This document shows positions 30,717-41,450 of a stretch of DNA of 64,000 bases, one piece after another. Below the pieces are notes generated by a model, which ran no database searches, was not told where the DNA came from, and worked only from the letters and a program-made list of their open reading frames with translations. Source of the DNA: Eledone cirrhosa (Eukaryota); contig OZ024741.1 of assembly GCA_964016885.1 (NCBI GenBank), positions 33,480,001 to 33,544,000 of the forward strand, given 5' to 3'. Within the stretch, counting starts at the first letter, position 1. Every line of letters starts with the position of its first letter. The position numbers and the translations under genes were made by a program.

Positions 30717-31385
30717 CTACATTTTAAATTTATATTTATATTTAAATGTTGAGTTCAATCTATGTCTGCAACAGCTGAATAAATTGGTTCGTAAATTAAG
30801 GGAATTTTTAGATTTTAATATAAAGAATATCTCCTCCGCGCAGAGGTCACAAGTCTCAGAAGAGGAATTAAAAGGAATTCCTTTTGAGACTATATTCCAA
30901 ACCATCGAATATCCAACTTTATCATGCTCAAGTTGCCAGAGTAACCCTGACAGCGATGTTGAGGATTTTTTATTTGGATCCGTGAAAGAATTTTTGTGAT
31001 TATTATAGCGAAGTTTAAATTCTGTCGAGGTGGAACCAACATAATTAAAAGAATTTAAATCAGTTCTAACATTACAGTTGTATATTATATTTTTAACTAA
31101 GCAATTGTTATTTAGCGGACATTTAGATCTATCTCTACAGTTACAGTTTTTTAGTTGAATATTGTTTAGGCTATTTTCGGTATTTTGGCTAGGTTTTAGA
31201 TTCCTATTATTTATTCTATTAATATTTTGTGCTAAATTTTTGGTGGACGAGTACGTTAATTTTATAGTATGTCTATTAAAAATTGAGTGATACTTATGTG
31301 TTCTAGGGAAGCGTTTGTCAAGAGCATTAAAAAATAGTTTAGCGATGTGGGTTTTAATGTTTAGTGAGAAAGGGGGTGGGGGCAA
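30717..31385 (-). pseudogene. PLE thumb, Cys-rich linker and GIY-YIG endonuclease
   Basis: IFNRHTIKLTYS; CNCRDRSKCPLNNNC; NIIY...NYVGSTSTEFKLRYNNHK; CDLCAEE...CRH. Confidence 0.9.
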
Positions 31386-31413
31386 ACCATATTATATTTC
31401 TAGTTCTATTTCT

Positions 31414-32342
31414 TTACTGGTTTTTGAAATTATTGTAGTGCTTTCTATTATAGTTGTTAAAGTTGTTACTGTAATTAAAATTGTTGTTATTTTGGTTAGT
31501 TTGTCTATTATCGATGTACATAATTTTATCACTATATCCTGCTCTAGCTAAAGCTTCATTATAATACTGGGCTTTTTCGTCAAAAATATTTTTATTGGAA
31601 GAGATTCTAGAGATACGTTTTTGAACAGAGTTCACTATAGTGTTTTTGACAGATCTGGGGTGATTGGAGCTAAAATTGACATAATTCAAGTTTTCATTTA
31701 ACTTGTGAAATGGATAGTGAAGACATGTGTTGAGATTAAATGTTACGTCTAGGAAATTGACTATTCTATGGTTATTCACAATTTCTATTTTTAGATTAAG
31801 GTAATTAAAAAATTGTATAATTTGTTTTCTTTTCTTATTTAGTTCAGAGTTATTATTTTCAATAAGTAAAAGCATGTCATCTCTATATAAACCTCCGGTA
31901 ACACCGGGTATTTTCCTATGCAGCGAATTAATTATAAATAGGCCCACAAGGTCCGTTACCTGAGCTGAGTCTGATGATCCCATAGTAATGTCAAAATTAT
32001 TATCTCTATATGCCCTAGTCCATAGTTGGTTATTAAATTCTATCAAAGTTTTCCTTGCCGATAATATAATGTGCATTTCATTGCTAGTTAGGTCTGTATG
32101 CTTGAATGCGTAATTTAGTGCCTTATTAAGTAGATTAGGGGTAATGGGTGAATAGTAGTTAGCAATATCTAGTTGAATAAATTTATTATTATTGTTATAT
32201 TTAATTTCATTAAACCACTCAATGACCTCCCCAGTTCCCTTCCACAAGGTCAAGCCAGGTAAACAATTCAAGTCCTTAATTTGCTGTATCACTCTGTCTA
32301 GAATGTTCTTGCTAAGTTTACCCAGGTCAGATTTTGAAGGTG
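31414..32342 (-). pseudogene. PLE reverse transcriptase (5'-truncated)
   Basis: PSKSDLGKLSK, FIQLDIANYY, TMGSSDSAQVTDLVG, LYRDD, VNFLDVTF, SNHP. Confidence 0.92.
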
Positions 32343-33165
32343 GTTCACATGTGCGTCTATATTTATCAACTTGATTTTGAGATAACCTTCTCTTTTCTCT
32401 TTTTTCACGAGAATGCATATATACTTATGTTTGAAGTTTTATCTCAGATTTTGCTTATAGACCTAAGAATTTTTAAACTGAGCATGTGGTCATTTTTTTC
32501 ACACATTATGGATATGTGTCTCATTCATGAATACTGATATTTGCATTATAATACCTAATTCATAAAAATTGATAATTCAAATGGATGAGACATAATATAT
32601 TTTTAATATATTTTAAATATATCATCTTTCTTTCTTTTTCTCCTATACACTAGTTTAACTGTATCCCTTCCCTTAACCTCTCACATATACGATGATCATC
32701 TGTCAAAAAGCAGCCTACTATGTTTTTCACCTCCTCAATGTATTTCTCTCTCTCCTTGTCTCTCTATCTCGCTCCGTTGTTTTTCTTTACATACATCTCT
32801 TCATCTTCTTCTTTTTTTATTTACATACATCTCTTCATCTTCTTCTTTTCATCTTCGTTTTTCTTTCTATATAACTATCATAACAGTTTCACTACCAAAT
32901 CAACTTTTTAAAAGGAAGTTGCATTATTACAAGGTATGTCACTAATTATTTATAAAACAGCTTATGTATTGTATTTTGTCTGAGGAAGGCATACCATATT
33001 TTTAATATGATATCCCAGAAATATATATAACGAAATAAATATGGTTTTATAAATATAGTTTCCATTTGTTTAATATCGTAAACCTACTCCAGAAACTGTT
33101 GAGTGCTTTTATATCAGTTATAAAATATTTACTCGTTGTAACCCAACAATCTTAAATAAAACTTT

Positions 33166-33221
<56 letters not shown>

Positions 33222-33226
<5 letters not shown>

Positions 33227-34731
33227 GAAGATCAAAAGATGGTTAAAGGAGTTCCATGTATTTTATTATGCGCATTTCAAAAACAAACATCATCATGCAA
33301 TAATATTTGTGTTTTCATCAGATAAAACAGGAGAACATGATATGAAGGCTAAAAAACACTTGTGGATAGTGCAGTTTTAAATCAACATATGAAAAGTGGT
33401 TTTAGATTGATGTGTGATATTGGGAAAAATATTTTATTTAGAGAGGGGGGGTGGAAAGGATGAAAAAGGGGAGGAGATGAGAGGGAGAGATGGGTGATAG
33501 AGAGAAAGAGATAGTTTTTATAACTGAGAGAAGATATATTGTTTTACATAGAGAGGTTGAAAACCGTTGGAAGATAATGTATAAATTAAAAGAATTTGAA
33601 AATTAACGAAGGGAAAGATATGTACGAGGAAAAAATATTTTATTTAGGGAGGGGGGGGGGGGGGATGAAAAAAGGGGGAGGAGATGAGAGTGAAGGTGGA
33701 GAGGGAAAGATGGGTGATAGAGAGAAAGAGATAGTTTTTATAACTGAGAAAAGATATATTGTTTTACATAGAGGTTGAGAACCGTTGGAAGATAATGTAT
33801 AAATTAAAAGAATTTGAAAATTAACGAAGGGAAAAATATTTACGAGGAAAGAGAGGGAGTTTATGTATGAAGATAGAGAGAAAAAATAATAATTGTGGAT
33901 GAATATTCTAACGTCAAAAAGGTGTATGTTGATAAGTATTGTGGCAATTTCAAAATTAACGAAGAGAAAAAATTATTAAGGTTTGTGTGTAGAAGGATTT
34001 GAGAAAAATAATGTGAAGTTAAAGTTTGTATATTGAAGGAATTGATAATATGTGCGAATAAAGAGTTAATATGTATTAAGAATGAGTTCGTTGATGGGGA
34101 GAAAAAAATAATAAATTAAGGATGAAATTGAGATTAAAAAGTTTTATGATAGAGAGAAAAAATAATAATAATTGCGGATGAATATTCTAACGTCAAAAAA
34201 ACAAATGTATATGTTATGAAGGATTTTACAAGGTGAAGATAGAAAGAGGGTAATGAGTAAACAAGTATTATAGAGTGTATAATGCCCTTTGAAGTAAGGT
34301 AGGAAGATGGGTATATTTTAAAGAGGTGTATGTATATGTGCCTTTGAGAAAAGATTCTAAATTGATAAAGAATTGAATATTAACTGTATACTTTGTGAAA
34401 AGTCCTATGGAATTTATGCAGGCAGATAGAAAACAAATCTGTACGTCTATTTATTATAGAATCTAGATTAGAGATAATGGTAAATTTTTCATTTAGGCAG
34501 AGATTACAGATTTTAGATAGAGAGCTGTTCAAGTATGAGGATGCAGAAGAAACTTTCTTCCAAAAGATGGTATATTTAATGTTTTTGTCTTTCAAGGACC
34601 ATATGAGTTCTGAGAGAGCCGTGTTGGTTCTTTTAAGTTTGTATTTGAAAGATGAATGGTGATTATAGAGACGAGCTTTAAAAGAGGTGGAAGTGGAGCC
34701 AAAATAGGTGAAGGAATTGGTGCTAGTTATA

Positions 34732-34737
<6 letters not shown>
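33222..34737 (-). mobile_element. Second, more truncated Penelope-like element (GIY-YIG C-terminus 34380-34737, long 3' UTR with internal ~200 bp duplications)
   Basis: YFGSTSTSFKARLYNHH...TALSELIWSLK...CNLCLNEK...CLH; terminal HHR; (TA)n on both sides. Confidence 0.88.
33261..33327 (-). ncRNA. Type I hammerhead at the 3' end of PLE 2
   Basis: UUUUAU-CUGAUGA-long AU/GU stem II-GAA-AUGCGCAU-A-AUAAAA. Confidence 0.85.
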
Positions 34738-34766
<29 letters not shown>

Positions 34767-34982
34767 CAAGTACAGATGATAGTTTAAGCAAAAAGTTGCT
34801 ACTTTCACCCTTAACGGGTTCAATCGGAGAATAACCACAGTCAGGTACTCAATACATTAGTAGAGTGTATACCAGAAAACATACAAATGCCACCGTATTC
34901 CAATACCAGTTGGCTTTCTTGATGATTTCCTTCTAATGAAACAGTTCTAGTCCTGTAGAAGCCGTTTCAATATTAAATTTGT

Positions 34983-35099
<117 letters not shown>

Positions 35100-35101
35100 T
35101 T

Positions 35102-35146
<45 letters not shown>

Positions 35147-35185
35147 ATATTAAATAAATGGAAACTATAATTATAAAACCATATT

Positions 35186-35246
35186 TATTCTATTATATAT
35201 ATTTCAAGGGTACCAAAACTTTGGTACGCTCTCATCAGATAAAATA
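35186..35246 (-). ncRNA. Type I hammerhead, PLE 1-related terminus
   Basis: UAUUUUAU-CUGAUGA-GAGCGUACCAAA..UUUGGUACCCUU-GAA-AUAUAUAU-A-AUAGAAUA. Confidence 0.8.
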
Positions 35247-35377
35247 CAAAGTTTCTTTTATAAATATTGACATAACCAAGAAAAAATACATTTAACGGTT
35301 CAAGTTTTTCCTGGATATATATATATATATATATAATAAATAACAAAGAACGCCTATAGCATATGCATATCTTTACT

Positions 35378-35423
35378 TGCTAACATTGTTTCATCCGCAC
35401 TATAAGTGGGACTCATCAGAGCA
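35378..35423 (-). ncRNA. Type I hammerhead
   Basis: UGCU-CUGAUGA-GUCCCACU uau AGUGCGGAU-GAA-ACAAUGU-U-AGCA. Confidence 0.75.
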
Positions 35424-35984
35424 TAAAGGTTAATTACATACCATACAAGCAATAACAAATCCAAGACATTGAAGAATGAAAAATAATAATAGACGATAAA
35501 GGATATTAAGGAAGTAAAAGTAAAAGTAAAGATAAGAATAAAAATAAAAATAAAAATAAAAATAAGATAATAAAATAAACAATGAAAAATAAAAAAATGA
35601 AGAATAAGGGGTGCTATCAGTCGCAGTTGGGCGGGGTGCTGTCAACATATAGTTACATACATGCATACACATGGATAAGAGAACAGACAAGAGTAGATAA
35701 GATAGATAGGATTAGGTAAGAGTAGGTAAAAAATAGGTGAAAAACAGACTTATAATATATATAAGAAAATATAAAGAAATACATAACAAACTTACATATA
35801 AAATATACAGATAATAGTGATACAGGGTAAAGAATGAGATAAAATAATATAAAATTAAAATTAAAATTATATAAAATAGAACATAATATAATATAATCAT
35901 AAAATAAGATAAAATAAGGTAAACTAAAATAAAATAAAATAGACTAAATTAAAATAATATAATATAAGATATAATTAAATGTAA

Positions 35985-36016
<32 letters not shown>

Positions 36017-37219
36017 AGTTAAATAAATAAATAAAATTAAAATTAAAATTAAAATTAAAATTAAATTTAAATAAATAAATAAGTAAACAAATAAGTAAAT
36101 AAATAAATAAATAAATAAGTAAATAAATAAATGGAATTAAATAAGTAAATAAATAAAATTAGATAACATGAAATGAAATAAAATAAAATAAAATGAAATA
36201 AAGTAAATTGAGATAAGATATATATTTTTTTAGAATATATCTCCTGAATATATCAGGGGCCCACGAAGGCACTAATTGTCACAGTTATGTGTATCACTTG
36301 ACCATTTTTTTAAAATATATTTCTTGAAAATATCAGGGGCCCACGAAGGCACTAAGTGTCACAGTCACCAGTATCACTTGACCATTGCAAGGCAATGGAG
36401 GCGTCCCAGGTTGGGCAGTCTCAAAAGTTCACTCGAAAGTCGCGGGTGTGCATTCACACAGTTGAGCGGTGGGGTAATCACAAACCGGTTCACACCCGGG
36501 CAGGAGTCCAATGGTCAGAGAGAGGTGCATCGAAGGAAGGTAGGAGAATTCACGTGCATTAGCAAGCGAGGTGCAGGCGGGTTAGCCAAAGCAAGCAGAC
36601 ACTGTTGGAGCGCATACAAAAGATATATAAAAAGACAGAAGATATATAAAAAATAGCTTCAAGAGCCATTAAGTCACCGCATTGGGACATCACAAGATTG
36701 TACACATCAATATGTTCAGCACGTATATGCACATATACACACCACATGCATATGCAGAGACGGTATACATATATATATATATATTTTTTTATATACAGAC
36801 ATATACAACCACCTACACCCATACACATATAAATGTATACACGGACACACACGCACACACACACAGCGTAGGACACCCGGGTCAAAGCTGATATTAAACA
36901 CCGAAATACCACATTAGGCCAGACCCACCACCACGGATAATACATTCAAAATAAATACATACGATGAGATGTAGTAAAATAAAGTTGAAATCCTACGGAG
37001 ATAATCATGTCCGCACGTGCCATTGCCCGATTCAAGTGTACACAGACCGTTAGTAACTACGGAGGGCTATCGGGGCCAAAACGTTACTTTCGGGATCATA
37101 ACAACGACCGTCAATATATAGAAGGCCGATCGTGCTAGAAAGACTACAACCCCGGGCAAGAGCTCCCAGAAGTCATTTAATATTTGCTTGTTGTATCCCA
37201 ACAATTTAAATAGAACTTC

Positions 37220-37288
<69 letters not shown>

Positions 37289-37291
<3 letters not shown>

Positions 37292-37702
37292 GAAGTTCTA
37301 TTTAAATTGTTGGGATACAACCAGCAAATATTTTTATAACTGATATAAAGCACTCAACAAATTATTGGAGTAAAAATACGATATATTAACAAATGGAAAC
37401 TATATTTATAAAAACATATTTATTTCATTATACATATTTCAAGGACACCAAGTTAAATTATGGTGTGCTTTCATCAGATAAAATATAATATAGAGCAGTT
37501 TTATAAATAAATATTGTATCCGGGAGCTTCCAACAGAAATGGTCGCACTCTTTAAGGGTATGTCAATATTTATTTATAAAACTGCTCTATATTATATTTT
37601 ATCTGATGAAAGCACACCATAATTTAACTTGGTGTCCTTGAAATATGTATAATGAAATAAATATGGTTTTATAAATATAGTTTCCATTTGTTAATATATC
37701 GT
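37289..37702. mobile_element. Head-to-head PLE 1-related termini with two HHRs (37421-37485 minus; 37595-37659 plus)
   Basis: UAUUUUAU-CUGAUGA-AAGCACACCA...UGGUGUCCUU-GAA-AUAUGUAU-A-AUGAAAUA; homologous to 32935-33168. Confidence 0.85.
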
Positions 37703-37713
37703 ATATATATACA

Positions 37714-37789
37714 CAGGGGTTCCCCAAAAAATGTTCACACACTTCAACAGAATTCTAATAAATAGGTGTATACATTTTGGGGGACACTG
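37714..37789. mobile_element. Tiny Tc1/mariner-like MITE
   Basis: CAGGGGTTCCCCAAAAAATGT ... ACATTTTGGGGGACACTG|TA. Confidence 0.55.
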
Positions 37790-38924
37790 TAGATATAAAA
37801 AAGCAATCTCCTTGCATTGACATATACACATGCGCACACACTGATGCATATACGCTGTCACACGTGCTCAAACATATTCTTTTTCGTCCTTGCTTTATAA
37901 ATATGTTTGTATTTTACCAACATGAAAGTCTTTCTATTTCTGTGTACATCTGTGTAAAGTGTGTCTTGTCTATGTATATACATATGTATGTTTTATGTGT
38001 GTGAGCATACGTTTGGATGTATGTGTAAGCATTTGAGTGTATGTATATATGTTAGCATCCATTTGTATGCGTATGTATGTATATGTGTGAGCATGCTTGT
38101 GTATGTATATGTGTGAGTATGCGTGTGTATTTATATGTGTGAGCATACGTGTGTATGTATACGTGTGGGCATGCGTGTGTATGCATATGTGTGAGCATGC
38201 GTGTGTATGTATATGTGTGAGCATGCGTGTGTATGTATATGTGTGAGCATACGTGTGTAAGTATATGTGTGAGCATACGTGTGTATGTATATGTGGGCAT
38301 GCGTGTGTATGTATGTATATGTGTTTCTGTATGCGTCACTATTTCGTATGTGTATGCATTTGTGTATGTATATGTATATGTTTCTATAGCTACTTGCGTG
38401 TGTATGCATTTGTTTGTGATGTTGTTTGAGCATGTATGTGTATGTGTATGCGTATCTGTGTGGGTGTATGTGTGTGTCTTTATATGCGTTTGTGTGTGTG
38501 TGTTCGTGTGTTTATATGCGTTTGTGTGTGTGTGTAGGGCAATAAGTAAGTCGACATTAGTTGTTGACCACCAGCCTCTCTTTTATTTATCTAATTACCA
38601 CTGCAGGAGTAAAGAAGGGCAGATCTGGTTGTGTGGGAGAGTAGAGGAAAGGACTATAGAAGCTATAAATGAGAGGAAAACGGGGGGGGGAGGACTCTAA
38701 GGCCACAAAAAGAAGGGAAGGGGAGAGGGTGATGTGCTCTGGGCCTAGGAGATGGTGGAGTTGGTTGCCCCCTCCCCTGGACAAAACTGCAAAATCTTTT
38801 CCGTGGACAAGGGCCAGCGAGACCCCCCGCAGAACCCCCCCCCCCCCCCCCGTGGGGCCCCTCCTCAGACGAGCTGCTGATGTTCCAATCTTGCGGAAGA
38901 GCTCAGCAGTACAGGGCCCGAGGA

Positions 38925-39140
38925 TGCAGTTGCAGGGGTTAGATATAGTACATTTATTCTCAGATGAACTCAAGAAGAAACATCATAATTGGATAGAAAG
39001 ACGAGAAAGTTAATGACTTTGCTCAGAACTCTATACCCTAAAGTAAATATCAATATACTATACATGGAGAGAAAGAATAGTGGTAGGGGTCTCATTAGGG
39101 ATGATCATTGTATAAGGAGTGAAAGAAGAACTATTTGGTA
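38925..39140 (+). pseudogene. Old decayed R4/Dong RT fragment
   Basis: Manual translation VRYSTFILR*TQEETS*LDRKTRKLMT...NILYMERKNSGRGLI aligns with IRYSAGILRW...MDRKTRKLLT...RLYLRRSEGGRGLI of 48017-50923. Confidence 0.75.
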
Positions 39141-40170
39141 AACATTGATGGTTCTTTTTTGAGACATTCTAACCACATGTCCAAAGTATCGGAGCTGTGA
39201 TCTCTAAATGGTGCGACTCTCTGATGTATTCATGAATGAATAAATTCCGGTGGAGAAAATTGACTTTTGAAAAGTGAATAAAATAAATAGTGAGAGATCC
39301 GACGAAACAACCATGATTCGTATCGTTAACGAATGAGCACCAACATTTCTGTGGAAATACTTTACTGTAAGGAAGAAGAAGAGTTTTAACGTCTCCAGAA
39401 GAATCAGTCTCTGTAAATAGAATAGAAGTAGTGTATATGTAAAGGTGGTAGAAAGAGGGGAGAGATAATGGTGAAGAAGAAGGAAAGAGAGAGGGGGTGA
39501 GAAGAAGGAGAAGGAGAAGGAAAAAGAAAAGGAAGGAGGGGGGAGCAGGAGGTGGTGGTGGGAAGGAGGCCGCTTTAAGCTATGAATAACAGTATTTAGT
39601 ATAGATGAAGGAATAAATTCTAGTGGCGAATATTGACGTTTGAACATTTTATGCTCAGTCGTCAGTATTATTAGAGCGTTCTTTTATATATATTTTTCTT
39701 TGGTTTATTTCATGTTAAATTTCTCTTTTCGTTCGTTTCCCAACTGTATCTTGGACGTTGTCTTAGAGAAAGTCCCATTGGCTGCTATATTCTCATTACT
39801 ATTACTTGTTTTTTTGTTTTGTTTTTTGTTTTCAATATCGTGTGTGTGTTCCGGAACAAAATCCATTGGCGATATGTTTTCGGTAGGTTCCTAATGCTGA
39901 TATAGCGCCTCTATGAGTGAGACTGGCGCTTTACAAGGGCTGCTTATAAACGGACATACCTCTTCAAAGCAGTGTATGTGGCTCCAGGCAATCGGAGAGA
40001 GTGTTTGAGATATATTTACGTGTTTATCTCGCTTTAAAAAAAAAGGAAATAATATATAGAGATAAAAAAGGAAAGGGAAAATTGTGTGAGCTCGAACGAA
40101 GTCCTAGAAACGAGAAATATCTGTCCATTAATACAAACGTACATACATACATATATATATAATATATGTT

Positions 40171-40280
<110 letters not shown>

Positions 40281-40351
40281 AGGAAAAAGATATGTAAACC
40301 CCAACCGCGACGTCAAACGCATTTTTTTTTCTGATACTCTCCAAATATCAC

Positions 40352-40461
40352 AATTCAACACGAGATATCGCCATTCAACGCGAAATATCGCCATTCAACG
40401 CGAAATATCGCCATTCAACGCGAGATAACGTCGTTCAACGCGAGATAATGTCATTCAACGC
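40352..40461 (+). repeat. 20 bp tandem repeat, about x5
   Basis: CATTCAACGCGAAATATCGC units. Confidence 0.9.
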
Positions 40462-40795
40462 ATTTCTAACGTTAAATTAATAATTCGTTTTAACATTGTC
40501 ATAACCACCTCGTTAAAAACAGAAAATATTGACAAATTACCAATAAAGAAAACATCTATATTAGAGTTTGTAACGATTGTCAGAACATTTTCATACAGTT
40601 TTCATTAATTTAGAACATTTTTCCTGCGACAATTAAGCTTCTAAAACGGTCGTTTCAGAGGTGTAATTGCAATTTTTATGCATGTGTTCCTAGATACATA
40701 ACTATTGTTTTAGAAACCAAAAATGTTGATGTATTTTCTGCACAATAAATAATAAAGATAATGATGGTAACAACGACAACAACAATAATAATAAT

Positions 40796-41161
40796 AATTG
40801 TTTCTACTTTTTTCACAAGGCCAGCAATTACGCAGTACATTACTGGTACTTTATTTTATCGACTCTATAAGGATGAAAGGAAAAGTTAACCTCGACGGGA
40901 TTTGAACTCAGACTGTAAAGCATGGCGTGCGACCCTCTACCGATACTGCCGCTCCACAATAATAATAATAATAATTGTTTGTACTTATGGCACAAAGCCA
41001 GCAAATAACCAGTGCATTACTGGTTCTTTATTTTATCGACCCCGTAAGGATGAAAGGTAAAGTTAACCTCGGCGGGATTTGAACTCAGAATGGCAAGGGC
41101 CGTAACTCTACACGTCAAAGCATGGCGTCCGACCCTCTACCGATACTGCCAATCCACCGCC
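40796..41161 (-). mobile_element. Tandem pair of tRNA-derived SINEs separated by (TAA)n
   Basis: Copies 40796-40955 and 40972-41161 with A and B boxes. Confidence 0.92.
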
Positions 41162-41165
41162 CTTG

Positions 41166-41202
<37 letters not shown>

Positions 41203-41450
41203 TTTCTTTATTAACCACAAGGGTTTACATAAAGTAGACATTAAGGACAGTGGAGGACAATGCAGGACGGTACAAATGGGCATTTCTGCGTGTAAAAAAC
41301 AAAAACAGAGGATGTAACAAAAAATAACAATCAAAAATTCCCCAATAGGGGGGAGACTTCGGAGGGACATTTGTGGAGAAAGCCCAGTAAAAGGCCACAA
41401 TGACCCTGACCACCAAGGCAAGTGCCCTCTCCCAGTTTTCCACCTTTAAT

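Larger units (their letters stand above)
29399..33168 (-). mobile_element. Penelope-like element, 5'-truncated, with inverted copy of its 3' end (32342-33079 = reverse complement of 29399-30136)
   Basis: RT and GIY-YIG ORFs on minus strand; ~740 bp near-identical inverted arms, each with an HHR; both ends in (TA)n. Confidence 0.92.

Noticed and set aside
32343-32418. N-terminus MHSREK... of the PLE RT ORF
   Set aside because: Chance in-frame read of the inverted 3' UTR copy, not a real start.
38587-38930. GC-rich ORFs on both strands as a gene
   Set aside because: No domain, homopolymer runs; only the downstream part is explained (decayed Dong RT).
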